From NCBI RefSeq assembly GCF_006345805.1, contig NC_043008.1, positions 42,284,001 to 42,348,000 of the forward strand: a DNA stretch of 64,000 nucleotides. The letters run 5' to 3'. The position numbers and the translations under genes are program-made. The DNA is from Octopus sinensis (taxonomy: Eukaryota). Below are positions 38,118 through 51,539 of the stretch, in pieces. The notes under the pieces were generated by a model, which made no database searches, had not been told where the DNA came from, and worked only from the letters and a program-made list of their open reading frames with translations. How positions within the stretch are numbered: position 1 is the stretch's first letter; every line of letters starts with the position of its first letter.

Positions 38118-38518
38118 TATATGCATATATGGACGTCATAGAACGTAAACAGCATTAAAAAACGAAATACGAAAACATGGAATACGAACTTTCTTTGCAA
38201 ACAACGAACGAAACAAATGGAAAACAAGACAAGTAACATAAAGAACGACCCTTCATCAGTCGTCGGCTGTTTTTTCTACTCCGCATTTCGAGCAATTAAC
38301 GACAAGATACCCCTTCGTTAAAACAGTTGATCCTGCAAAGCAAATTAAAGAAAATTTGCGATTTGCGTAGGGTCAAAGTTGGTAACGAAAACAAGACAGA
38401 GAAGAGGAAACTGTAAGAGTTGCTAAGCAATATCGTGGTGACGTGGCGAACGCAGGAGGTACAAGATATATATATATATAGATATATATATATATATATA
38501 ATCAAGAAGGCCGGTATA

Positions 38519-38705
38519 GGGGATTACTTTATGCTTCCCGTCCATAAAGTGTTTAGCCTTATGGCGTATCATGAGATCCCAAAAACGTGTTCGCTCATGA
38601 CCCCTTAAAAATATTTTAAGAGTTCATGGGCCAACAAGATTTAGGGATCTAACAAAGCACCTTAAAGCTAAACCCTTTGTGGACAGGAAGCCTAAGGTAA
38701 TCCCA
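38519..38705. mobile_element. Small palindromic MITE
   Basis: gggattactttatgcttcccgtccataaagtgtttagcctta versus the reverse complement of taaagctaaaccctttgtggacaggaagcctaaggtaatccc; inner catga...tcatg palindrome; TA on both flanks. Confidence 0.7.
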
Positions 38706-39388
38706 TAATTTGGCCTTCCCCATTTTTAATATATACTGCTCTACATATTAGGGCGTGCTTCTTTCGGATTGACGTTTTTTACAAAGTATATATATATATA
38801 TATTTATTATATATATATATATATATATATATATCGCACAGGAGTCAGCGTGTTATATTTGAAGTCCCTTAAAATAGTTTTGCGTAGGTGATTCGCAAAC
38901 AATATTTTGGTATTTACGCGTTTCTGAATGTAAATAATAGCTAGAAACAGTGACGTACATTATTGACAACCAATGTAGCGAGATATCTTGTATCAAATCA
39001 CATGTACGAACTGCTTGAAACTGGCGTATATTCTTTTCCACACCCACTCAAAAAAGTCATCTTGACATTTATGATGTCGACGTATTTATATATCTATAGC
39101 TATATATATCTATATCTTTCTCACATTGTCACCCTGCACACATACATATATACATACACACAATCACATGCCACTTTCTCTCTCCCTGTAAAATGTATAT
39201 ATATATGATACGGAAAGTTTTCTTTATTTTGCTAATCCTCTCATCGTGCAAAGACGGGTAGCACTTATCGGCGGCTCACTGGATCAATTTACGGGTTGAA
39301 AGCGTTAATCAGTGATGTGCATAAATGTAATGTTATTATCACTTCAAATATGACGGTGCCACGTTCGAACTCGTAAGCAAGCCATTTA

Positions 39389-39953
39389 GTGTGTATGTAT
39401 GTATGTATGTACGTATGTATGTATGTATGTATGCAACTATGTATGTATGTATGTATGTATGTATGTATGTATGTATGTATGCATGTATGTATGTATGTAT
39501 GTGTGTATGTATGTATGTATGCAACTATGTATGTATGTATGTATGTATGTATGTATGTATGTATGTATGAATGTATGTATGTATGTATGTATGTATGTAT
39601 GTATGTATGTATGTATGCATGTATGTATGTATGTATGCGTGTATGTATGTATGTATGTATGCAACTATGTATGTATGTATGTATGCAACTATGTATGTAC
39701 GTATGTATGTATGTATGTATGTATGTATGTATGTATGTATGTATGTATGTATGTATGTATGAATGTATGTATGCAACTATGTATGTATGTATATATATAT
39801 GTATGTATGAATGTATGTATGTATGTGTATGTATGTATGTATGTGTGTATGTATGTATGTATGTATGTATGTATTATGTATGTATGTATGTATGTAATGT
39901 ATGTATGTATGTAATGTATGTATGTAATGTATGTATGTATGCAACTATGTATG

Positions 39954-39984
<31 letters not shown>

Positions 39985-40165
39985 TGTATGTATGCATGTA
40001 TGTATGTATGTATGTATGCATGTATGTATGTATCTATGTGTGTATGTATGTATGTATGCAACTATGTATGTATGTATGTATGTATGTATGTATGCAACTA
40101 TGTATGCATGTATGTATGCAACTATGTATGTATCTATGCAAGTATGTATGTATGTGTGTATGTAT
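39389..40165. repeat. Compound (ATGT)n microsatellite with recurrent GCAACT interruptions
   Basis: Direct reading; about 780 bp. Confidence 0.95.
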
Positions 40166-40269
40166 ATCTCTTCTATATTTTAATTGTTATACATCTTCCA
40201 CTGAGGAGGGAGCCGGTTTCTAACAGAGATACCAGACTCCGTCTTCGGGACGTAGTAAACACAGACAAA

Positions 40270-40735
40270 TTCACAAGTCGAACTTGAGAAAAGTTTTGCA
40301 TATTTTTACTGTTCCACTCACAGATCGCACTTGTAATGTACGAATTAAGTGGTAGACTTCTCTTTCTTAAAATCGCAGTTTATCCAGATTCTCATTTAAG
40401 CATTTACTAACAAAACCTAGTGCTTCAGTTATTATGAATATGAATTAATAGTCTGGATATAGAAGCTGGAGGCTTCGAAGCAGTTGTCCATAGATATCCC
40501 ATTTTTCTTCGATTTTGAAAGAAATATTTATGTCTGAAGGGCAGCTAAACTCTATGATGGAACATACCTTTGCCCCTCTATCCCAAACAATATCCGGCGT
40601 GCTATGTTTACATTTGACAGATGTTTTGATGGGAATATTCCACCAGTATTCCTTGAGTTGGTGTTTATGAATGTATTCCATAACAGAGGGATTTTCTAAG
40701 TTTGTTTCAGGACGGTCGTTTTGTGGAAACTTTAA
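40270..40735 (-). pseudogene. C-terminal restriction-like endonuclease (PD-(D/E)xK) of an R4/NeSL-type non-LTR element
   Basis: EYWWNIPIKTSVKCKHSTPDIVWDRGAKVCSIIEFSCPSDINISFKIEEKWDIYGQLLRSLQLLYPDY...EALG...LQVRSVSGTVKICKTFLKFDL*. Confidence 0.8.
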
Positions 40736-40869
40736 GTTTCATCTTTTCGAGTTCGAAAAATTAAGTACCAGTTGCATACTGGAGTCGATCTACTGGTCAC
40801 CCTCTCCAAAACTTCGAGCCTTGTCCCTAGAGTATGAAAGAATATTGCTTTGTTTATCGGGAGACGAGC

Positions 40870-41285
40870 TAGGAGAAGCGTTAGCACGCGGTTAACGGTA
40901 TTTCGTCGGCGAGCTGGCAGAAACTTTAGCGCGCCGGGCGAAATGCGCAGCCGTATTTCGTCTGTCGTTACGTTCTGAGTTCAAATTCCTCCCCGGTCGA
41001 CTTTGCCTTTCATCCTTTCGTGGTCGATAAATTAAGTACCTGTTACGCACTGGGGTCGATGTAATCGACCTAATCCGTTTGTCTGTCCTTGTTTGTCCTC
41101 TCTGTGTGTAGCCCCTTGTGGGCAGTAAAGAAATAGGTATTTCGTCTGTCTTTACGTTCCAAGTTCAAATTCCGCCAAGATCAACTTTACCTTTCATCTT
41201 GTCAAGTTCAATAAATTGAGCACCAGTTTCATACTGAGGTCAATCTAATCGACTGGCACCTCCGCAAAATTTCGTGTCGGGAGTA
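40870..41285 (+). mobile_element. Family A SINE dimer
   Basis: Monomer followed by gtaaagaaataggtatttcgtctgtctttacgttc and a second body. Confidence 0.85.
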
Positions 41286-41728
41286 GAAAAGACTTTCCTC
41301 AATTTGTTCTATGGGTCAATTCGCGATGATTTGTTCTTTCGGTATATATTTTCATGAAACTTTTACACATAGAGAGACCGTAGTTGCGCTAAAACGACAC
41401 ACGCTGCTTCAATGCTAAGGGAAGAGAATAACAAACTAGGAGTGCATCCACTCCTAGAGATAATAATGGTGTGTGTGTGTTTAATGTTATACGCAAGGAG
41501 GAAAATATGGAGAATATATCATGCGTTTAAATCAATGCATGTATGCATGTTTATGAGGGGGGTATATATTTTCCTCTCATTTTGGCATGATATCAATCTG
41601 ATCTATCTATCTATCTATCTATCTATCTGTCTGTCTGTCTGTCTATCTGTCTTCCTGTCTCTCTCTATCTCTCTCTCTATATATACTTGTATATATATAT
41701 ACATACATACAGACGTACACACACACAC

Positions 41729-41807
<79 letters not shown>

Positions 41808-41960
41808 ATATATACATACATAAATATGAGTATGGATATACATTTATACACATACAGATTTGCACAACTGCACAGACACACATACACATACATACATAAA
41901 CAAAACCATATACACATATACATTCGAGTAGACATATATATGTGTGTATATATATATATA

Positions 41961-42108
<148 letters not shown>

Positions 42109-42867
42109 TATAGATAGATAGATAGATATTCTCGGCAGATAATTAGATCTCTGGTTAAAACATGTTTTTCAGTAAGTAGTTCGTGAATAAGTTTTTCTTT
42201 AAATTCTCAATGAGATTTCACTGGCAGTAATTACTCTCTATCGCTATTCGAACATTTCTTCTAGTAACATCCTTCTCCTCCCCTATACACACACACAGGC
42301 ACACACACACACTCCCACACACATACACACATCGACACATAAAATATGTATTCTGCATTAAGGGGAATTAGTATTGTGTTCGAATCAACGTTAATGGGTC
42401 AAGGTTACAACAGCTCGGTATCGCATACCAAGTTCTATTAACTCTACGACTAATTTCTCAGAACTAACCATGAATACCACAGCATCTCCTATATCACCAA
42501 GTTCAGTGGATTGGTAATCTTGGTGGGAAGAATTTAATAAGAAACCAGTGGAAAATTTAAGTACAATTATTTGATTTTAGTGTCTGTCTGTCTGTCTCTT
42601 TTTCTCCTTCTCTCTGTCTCTCTATCTATCTTTTTTATGTATGTATGTATCGATCTATCTATCTATCTGTCTGTCTGTCTGTCTGTCTCTCTATCTATCT
42701 ATTACCTACCTACCTATCTATCCATCTATATGGATAGATGGATATCTATCTACCTATCTAGCTACCTATCTATTTAATCATCTATCTATCTATCTATCTA
42801 TCTGTCTGTCTATGGATGGATCCATCCATCCATCCATCCATCCATCCATCCATCTATCTCTCCCTCC

Positions 42868-42926
<59 letters not shown>

Positions 42927-42949
42927 AATTCCTTTCAGCGATGAAGATA

Positions 42950-43720
42950 AAGTGAAGCGGCTCTTCACAAGCTGTTCCAATATTCACCATCCATTAATAT
43001 GAGATTTTCTTCAGATCCCGTGATTGTGGGTACTATTCCAAGTAGTCTGATTCATTTTTGTGCTCTTCTTTTGTGCAATCATCGGTAGCATTATCCATTT
43101 GTGTCGATGAAGTATTGTCCCGCAAGAATGAGCAATCATCAGTAAATAATGTATCTTCAGATGGACATAGCCTGACAAAATACTTAGATAATCATTAGTA
43201 GTCATCTTGCCATGTAGAAAAACAGTTTCCAGGGAATTTCTTGATATCATTGCCCAAAGCTTCACAGTTCCAACTCCATGCCTCAGGGTAAGGTCCAAAC
43301 ATTAACGGTTAAAAGTTTTTGTGAGCTGTCTCCATATATATACTCGTCCCAATGTTGGAAAATGCCGAATAATGATGAATCAGTGAAAATGACATAGTTC
43401 TCTTGAACCGGTGAATACCTCTAATAAAATAGACATCATATTATCCGTTAACTGATGTTAACTGAGGGCAGAAGTGACTTAACAGTTGCAGTCCTCTCTT
43501 GATATCTAGCATTTTGGATCTCACCACGAACGGTTTTACCTGACACACAGTTGTCAAGATGGCGTCTTAGTTCAGTTAACAATTTTGCTTTTGGTTATTT
43601 TGCGATCCTTATCTGTGAGGCTTGACATTAGTACAAATTTGTGCTTCTTCATTCTGGATTTTACCATGATGCTAACGTTGTTTTAGAGACTTTAACACTC
43701 GCAGATCTACAGTTTAATTG
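42950..43720 (-). pseudogene. Decayed Tc1-family transposase
   Basis: Minus frames ...ELRRHLDNCVSGKTVRGEIQNARYQERTA.VKSLL / NYVIFTDSSLF / TLRHGVGTVKLWAMIS.N...VFLHGKMTTNDYLSIL / YPQSRDLKKI correspond to the Tc1 [17 protein letters not shown] and WPPQSPDLNII motifs. Confidence 0.8.
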
Positions 43721-43915
43721 ATTGAAGCCAAGCCGTCCGTGCTTCAAAGACTGCTCTGTTTGTAAATCAGATACGTTGCACATTTTATGTCATTTTGATA
43801 CAAATATCCCAAAACAGTGGAGGGCCAGGAAAAAACAGTGAAATAAAATGCATACATGCTGTATAGGAACCACATCTACATGGCTGAAATGAGTATATAA
43901 AAGAATATATATATA

Positions 43916-44045
43916 GCTGCAGGCGTAGACGTGTGGTAAGAAGCTTCCTTTTCCCAAGCATATGGATGTGGGTTCAGTCCTACTATAGCCTCAGACCGAC
44001 CAAAGCCTTGTGTGTGGATGGAGGTGGAAAGAAGCTCGTCGTATA
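43916..44045 (+). mobile_element. SINE family C (internally deleted)
   Basis: gcaggcgtagacgtgtggtaagaagctt...gggttcagtcc...gaccgaccaaagccttgtg. Confidence 0.75.
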
Positions 44046-44382
44046 TATATGTGTATACACCCGTGTATATATATATATATACATACACGGAACAATCTCC
44101 TCTTGGAATACACGTGCAAATCGTTGAACACTGCACAGGCATTTGTACGCTTAGCGTTGCACTCAGTGACGTTCAGAGTGACAGTGATTATAACATTGAT
44201 GGCCCTTTTAAATTACTGGTACAACTGCTTTCTGCCAGCTGAGTGGTTTCGAGGAACGTGAAATAAATTGTTGCTTAATGACAGACGCATTGCCGGGAAT
44301 CGAACCTTCAACTATACGCTCGTGCGTCTAATACTTTAAACACTAAACTAAGCGAATAATACATTAATCACGTGTAAACATA

Positions 44383-44655
44383 CAGGGGTGTGTGCAAAAC
44401 TAGGTACACCGTTATGAAAAAAGAAAACACATACAATTCCCCTTTATTTTTTATCAAGAAAATTATAGTTTGCCTAATTTTTGATATTTTTAGTTTCATT
44501 AATCATAGCAATGCATTTAACACTACTATAATATTTTATCATCGGTTCTATTATTTTGATACTTTTATCGTAACTTATATAATACTTTTATGGTCACTTT
44601 TTAAATTCTGTGTTTTCTTTTCTTAATAACCGTGTACCTATTTTGCACCCGCTTG
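44383..44655. mobile_element. Tc1/mariner-type MITE (273 bp)
   Basis: TA-caggggtgtgtgcaaaactaggtacacc ... ccgtgtacctattttgcacccgcttg-TA; AT-rich interior. Confidence 0.75.
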
Positions 44656-45051
44656 TATATCTCAATTACTCATTTGGGAACAAGATTGGTTGGTCAACCA
44701 ATCGCACAGTCGGTCAGTCTGGTGGTGGAAGAGTTGGTTTGTGGCCAGTAATCTTCATTATAGTTTTTGTCGTTGTTCTACTTGAAAGTAAACGTATTAA
44801 TGGCTGATGGTCGAAACGCTGATAGTTTTTGTTTTTACTTTGAGATCCGTAAACTGAAATTAGCAAGATGGTCAAACTAATTATACGTTTGAGAAACATC
44901 TACAGTGATTGCTGCCTGATTAAATTTCGATAATGGCGAACAGAACAAAAAGAGGAACATTTAAGTTTATACAGAGACAGCTACACATACATATACAGAC
45001 ACATATACGCATATACCAACACGCACACACACACACACACATACACACACG

Positions 45052-45097
<46 letters not shown>

Positions 45098-45530
45098 CAT
45101 ACACGAAACGTCTCTCAACATTTAACTACTTGTAATGTTTTTATCAAAATCATTATCAATCTATCTCATTAGTTACACACACACGCGCACACACACACAT
45201 ATATATATATGTATGTGTGCTTGCGTGCGTGCGTGAGTGTGTGTGCGTGTGTGTGTATACATGTAGATATACTTATATATATATGTATACATGTATATAT
45301 ATATAATATATGTATGCATATATATACATATAGATATAGATAGATAGATTTATATATATATACATAGATACATACATACATACATACATACATACATACA
45401 TACATACATACATACATACATAATATATATATATATACTTTATACAGAGAGCATTGACAAGTAAATATATAAGTGGCTAATTAGGTAGATTGGTAATAAT
45501 TTTGATAGAGCGTGAGAGAAGTTGTAAATG

Positions 45531-45577
<47 letters not shown>

Positions 45578-47973
45578 GTATATGGAAATAGATGTATACA
45601 TATGCGTATACATATACATGCATATAAACGTGTGTCTGTGTCTGTTTCTTTGTCTTTGTCTGTGAGTGAACTTAGCCATTTTATCTTCATCCACCTCTCT
45701 CTCTCTCTCTCACTCTCTTCAGTTCCATTCCCTGTTTCTAAAATTTATTTGGTCAACTAATTGCTATCCATTTGATGAAGGAATGGTAACAATTTGGGAA
45801 AATAACTATCAGCATCTTCTAATTCTTCGAAGGTAATTACGAAGTTCTCGTAATTCCTCGTAAAGGATAAAATAACATCGGAAAGAAATTTGTTGTTGTA
45901 TCATTGTACCCAGAGATTTTTACCTAATACCCTTTCTGTGGTATGTAATGTAGAGTAAATATTTGTTTCCTGAAGTAGCCGATGCCGTAGTAAGTTGTAT
46001 CTCTTGATCAGAGCTATTTTACCTACCCCGGGTAAATAAGGTTTGCAGCAAAGAGCGATCTCGTTAAGAATTGAGATTAAAGCTAATAAAATGGGTTTGT
46101 TTTACTGAGAAATAACGTTTCATTGCTGTAATACAAAAGAAGATATTCCTCTCCGATTCAGCTCTATCAGCCAATGTCAATGTAAATACAGCGATTAATG
46201 TTAGATGTATGAACGGGGTATAAGCGGTATTCGTTTATCCAACATATGACTTGTACATTATGCAAGAGCCAAGGACCTTTATTGACAGAAATATCGCAGT
46301 ATTCTCAGAACATCATGTGGAATCCGGATTCTGTACATGCATTGGTCTCTGTAGTTCTAAATCTGCAAAAAATTATACTTACTGATTCCTGTAAAAGACG
46401 ACCGCTAATTTTTAAAACATCATAAATTGATACATATAGTTTAGATACATACATGTCTATGTCTATAGATTTGATGCCAGTGAGAAGTTATATATATATG
46501 GTCACTCGACTTACTAAAATAACAACCAATTCTCGTTCACGGTTTATTGTTTTGATAGAAAAAACGTTTTGAATGATGTGTTTTGAGATACATTACATCT
46601 GGTTAATCAACGAGATGGTCGTGACTAGAATACTGTAAATCATCAGTAGCTGCAACAGCCACGAGAACAGACACCGAAACATTTTAATGAGGTAAGAAAA
46701 TGCATTTGTTTTTTATATTAACGGAAGTATATCACGGATGGTTTTTCTCGTCCCGAGAAGACAGATGTCACTTTTGATCTTAATTAGATATGTATCCAAC
46801 AGGACGGAGAATAAATAAAATATTTATTCTGATGCAGTTACTGCAATGTTCTTTCTTATATCTACTAAATTTCCTCTTTCTTACATTAGTAATTTATGTT
46901 TTTAAAAAGGCCCGGTTTTAATATTTTTTGATCATCGTTCAATTCGTAATGTTCCCAAGTGCATTCTTGTAATAAGCGAAGTGAAATGCATTTCAACCAG
47001 TCTTTGATGCTGTCTTGGATTTGTCTAAAAAGACAGGCACTTACTTCCTGAATCTCTTTGCGATTACAAGGAGCGTTTATTTTGGCGTGAAATGAACTGA
47101 AAGCGGCAAGGTCGTTCAGCTAAATCGTTTGGCACGTTATCGTTTCGAATTCACCATCGATTTTTCTCGATTTAAATACAAAAGAAATAATGACAAATAT
47201 AATGGAAGATAAAACAGACAATTATTCTGGCTGCTGTTTAAATTACAACTAATTCTGTTTATTCGACAGTATAGTAATAGCTATAGATTGTATATATAAG
47301 TTGTGTTTTTGTTCTTTAAAACAGTGTCGAGATCTGGCAGCATTTCAAAACGTTACTTAGTACATTCTCTAACTTAAAGCAGCCTTCCAGCTGAGAAACG
47401 CAGAACAATCTGTACTGAACAAACAATGTGATATTGTCGACGACTATTCTTATCTCTCATTTACATATCACATAATAAAAATAGATTTTCTTCTATTTGG
47501 CAGAGCAAAGTGTCGATCTATACCGAGAATATTTAGTCTTCTGCTAAATCCACTACGCTCTCATCGTTTGTTTCATTGTATTTTAAAATCTAATCGTTTC
47601 AACATATTTTCCAATTACGGAGAGATATTTTCTTACCAAACAAAGGGGAAGTAATCATAACGGTGCAGTGGAAAACATTCCCACCTGCAAATATTTCCAT
47701 CCCCCTATTTAGTATGTTCACATCTCCAGTGAATTATACACTTACCATGTAAAGAGGTTAAGGCGTTTATGAGGATTTAACTAATGGCTGAAGCACAAAA
47801 GGCGCTGAACAAAACGTTCTCGGGACACTGAAACCCAAATAATCACTGGAATTAACATCGTAGAGTAATTATAGTAAATCTCTTCCAAGTTCGATTATGT
47901 TTCGGCTCTCACTCTTCATCAATTTGAAAAGATGTAAAATTTATTCAAATTTCAAAAACGATATAAACATATA

Positions 47974-48433
47974 GGCGCAGGAGTGGCTGTGTGGTAAGTT
48001 GTTTGCTTAGCAACCACATGGTTCGGTTCCGGGTTCAGTCCCACTGTATGGCACCTTGGGCAAGGGTCTTCTCCTATAGCATTGGGCCGACCAAAGCTTT
48101 GTGAATGGATTTGCTAGACGAAAACTGAAAGAATCCCGTCGTATATATGTGTGGGTGTGCGTGTGTGTTGGGGACAAACACAGACACAGACTTACACATA
48201 TATATCTTTGTGTGTGTGTATATGTCTGTGTGTCTGTCTTTGTTCCCCCTTACATCGGTTGAGAATCGATGCCGGTGTGCCTACGTCCCCGTAACTTAGC
48301 GGTTCGTCTAAAGGGACGATAGAATAAGTAGTAGGCTTACAAAGAATAAGTCCTGTGGTGGATTTGCTCCACTAAAGGCAGTGCCCCAGCATGGCTGCAG
48401 TCAAATGACTGAAACAATTAAAAGAATAAAAGA
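47974..48433 (+). mobile_element. Full-length SINE family C
   Basis: ggcgcaggagtggctgtgtggtaag head, ggcaccttgggcaag central motif, internal CA/GT repeat, ccccagcatggctgcagtcaaatgactgaaac tail. Confidence 0.9.
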
Positions 48434-48613
48434 GTATATGTTTTAAAAGAAACGTAGAGTTACACCGAAACATAAAGCATTACGATAAAAGTATTTTTCG
48501 TGTTAATTTCAATTATATGGAAAATGATTATAATAAATGTTTAAATGAATGGGGTGGGAAGCAAGCAAATTTCTCAGGTTCCGCACCCAAGTACAAATTA
48601 TCATTAAGCTATA

Positions 48614-49125
48614 TCTATATATATAAAACTGTAGTTGTGTGAGTGTCTGCCCCCTTCGATTTAGATTCCTAACTACTCCCACATTTTGCGGTGCAGTTTA
48701 ACCAAATTCGGGTATCTTATAGTCGTGATTCATATCGAGCCCGTCTGAGTATTAGCGCGCGTCTACGATGAGTCTACGATTTTAAAAATAATTTAACATC
48801 ATTTTTTATTCCATTTTAATGCATAAAATGCATCGTATGTCGATGGCGGCGGAGTTGGCGTCCATGCTCACACCTGCACCTGTTTGCTTCTCCCCCTTCC
48901 CTCCCTCGTGAAGCTGTGGGGAAGGGAGTGTAAGGAAATCAACGTCGTAAAGCGTTGTCAAGGAGACCAGCGTTTTTTTAGAACAACGACTTCATGGCTT
49001 GAAGACACCAAAACAGAAATGGCTAAGAAAGCCCGAATTGGCATCTATAAGGGAAGTAACTCTCTAAAAATGCTTATATAGTTATTTCCCTTACAAACCC
49101 GAGCAACGCCGGGCGATACTGCTAG
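48614..49125 (+). mobile_element. Non-autonomous Helitron (512 bp)
   Basis: 5' A|TCTATATATATAAAA; 3' hairpin cccgagcaacgccggg (49098-49113) then CTAG|T (49122-49126); no TSD. Confidence 0.85.
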
Positions 49126-49354
49126 TAAGTTTATAAGCGACATTTGTGGAAATATCATGTGTAAAGAATGTTTTATAAGTATATTGAATTATGGCACCTT
49201 CATGAAAATCATGTCATTTTGATAAGAATATCCGGTTAGGTTATATTACATTTTATTGTTAAGAATGTTTAAGGCTTAAAACTCGAACACTTACCGTGGC
49301 CACCGCTGTTTATCTTGATATGAGATCACAATGTCGCACACATATAGTTGTGAT

Positions 49355-49471
49355 GCATGTACCTTGTGTACTCTTATCAGACAGGTAGTCATAATGGGTA
49401 TATTGGGCTTTATATATTTTACCCCAGTTTCACTTTGATGGCATGCACTGCTCTCTCACTTAATAATGATG

Positions 49472-49528
<57 letters not shown>

Positions 49529-49548
49529 TAATAATAATAATAACAATC

Positions 49549-49580
<32 letters not shown>
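49355..49580 (+). mobile_element. SINE family D fragment with (AAT)n tail
   Basis: Matches 27430-27545; followed by AAT repeats. Confidence 0.7.
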
Positions 49581-49584
<4 letters not shown>

Positions 49585-49585
<1 letters not shown>

Positions 49586-50460
49586 CAATCAATCATTTCT
49601 TGTATGCCACAAATGATAAACAGCTGGAAACATCACTACAGACAGTACATGGATTTACCTAAGAAATAAATATGAATTTTGGATTAGAAAAACGTGCCAA
49701 AGCAATCTTGAAAAGAGGAAAACTAGTTAAGAGTAACAACATCATACAAGATAAATCAAATGAAATAAGAGAATTAGACCAAAGCCAGACATAGAGATAC
49801 TTAGGAATCAATGAACTAGATACGATATAACACACACGAATAATAGAAAAGATAAGAAAGGAATACTATAGACAAGTTAGATTAATACGGAAAAGAAAGC
49901 TTAATGTTATAAAACAGAGCTTAATGCTAGGAAACAAGATAATTGATATCAACACTCTAACCGTCCCAGTTATATGTCACAGCTACAATATTCTTAACTG
50001 GTCTCTAAATGAACAAATCAAAATAGACGGGGATAACAAGAAATATAATGACAGGATTCAAGATGCATCACCCAAAATCTAACATAGAAAGGCTACATAT
50101 ATAATGTATCGAAAGTGGGGTGGGGGTTAGAAAGCTATTACAAAATAAGTGCCGTAGGACTACTGGAACACCTAGTTCAGAAGAAAGGAAAACTGATACA
50201 AATAGATAAAAAACACGAACAAAACAAAAAGACTGATTTCTGTGGTTCAGGAAGCTGACAAATACAAAAAACAAGTCGTAATAGCTAACAAGTATGGAGG
50301 AAAAGAAGAAACAACAAAAGCTGTGAAACAACTGAAATCCAAACTAAAACTGGAACAGTAACGTATCGTGATAAACCGATGGCACGAAGAGCCCCTTCAT
50401 GGCAAATACTGGATTAAGCTAAACAGATAAACAAATAGACAAAGCAAAGTCCCAAAAATG
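49585..50460 (+). pseudogene. R4/Dong-clade LINE reverse transcriptase relic
   Basis: NHFLY..NDKQLETSLQTV...NMNFGLEKRAKAILKRGKLV...RYLGI...KEYYRQVRLI...NKII.INTLTVPV...W...FKMHHPKSNIERL; many stops; the expected YMDD motif is deleted. Confidence 0.85.
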
Positions 50461-50729
50461 GCTCAGGATATACTGTGCGACATCTATAATAATAATAATA
50501 ATATCTACAAGAACCACAACCGCAACCAATAAATGGTACATATAGACGTTCCTGAGATAGTGGCTGTGAGTATAGCAACGGTTCTTATATACGCACCATC
50601 TCTGATACTGATGTTGTATTAAGAATCAATAAGAGGGTTTCTGGAAGAAGATTTCGCTTTTAGTTCTTGCGAGACAAACAACTGTAGAGTCCTCGAAGAC
50701 TTGTGTATACACCTTGTCCTATATGTATT

Positions 50730-50789
<60 letters not shown>

Positions 50790-50832
50790 CGTGCGCGTGT
50801 GTGTATTTAAAAATTATATTTTACTAATCATA

Positions 50833-51098
50833 GGCGCAGGGGTGGCTGTGTGGTAAGGAGCTTGCTAAACCAACCATATGGTTCCGGGTTCAATCCCACT
50901 GCGTCGACCAAAGCCTTGTGAGTGGATTTGGCAGACGGAAACTGAAAGAAGCCCGTCGTATATATACGTACATTTATATATACGTGTGTGTGTGTTTGTA
51001 TATTTGTATTTGTCTCCCCAACATCGCTTGACAACCGATGGTGGTGTGTTTACTTCCCCATAACTTAGCAGTTCGGCAAAAGAGACCGATAGAATAAA
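50833..51098 (+). mobile_element. SINE family C (deleted copy)
   Basis: ggcgcaggggtggctgtgtggtaag...gggttcaatcccactgcg-tcgaccaaagcc...agaccgatagaataa. Confidence 0.85.
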
Positions 51099-51539
51099 AG
51101 CGGGGCTCCAGAGTAATCGCTGTAGTTGTCGGTGTTGTTTAGTTTTCTTAAAACCTTCATTTCGCAATCAAAGGAATATGCTGCAGATACATCCCATCTT
51201 TTTTATCTTGAACCACGTGACAGTGAGGGCGACATCTGACGGCTGTTCGGATGCTACTTCACGCAGGTTAGTCTGGTTGATGCTGCTGTTGGCCTAAAAC
51301 GTACCGCACCTGCTGCTCCTTCTACTACTGCTGCTGCTGTTGTTGTTGCTAAGCAACAAGACGGGTAAGAGTGATTAGGTGATGGTCTAGGGCTTAGGGG
51401 CGGGAGAATAAACAACTTGGAAAATAAACAACTTTGGTCGTCTTGTTGTAGTTGAGGGTTCTTCGTTGACACCAGACACCACTGGGAGGTGGCCCTCGAA
51501 GTCACTGGAAATGGAGATCTCCAGGTCCAAATTCTTGAA

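Noticed and set aside
40198-40260. CTGAGGAG with a ggag/ctcc stem in the LINE 3' region
   Set aside because: No GAAA after the stem and no stem I complement.
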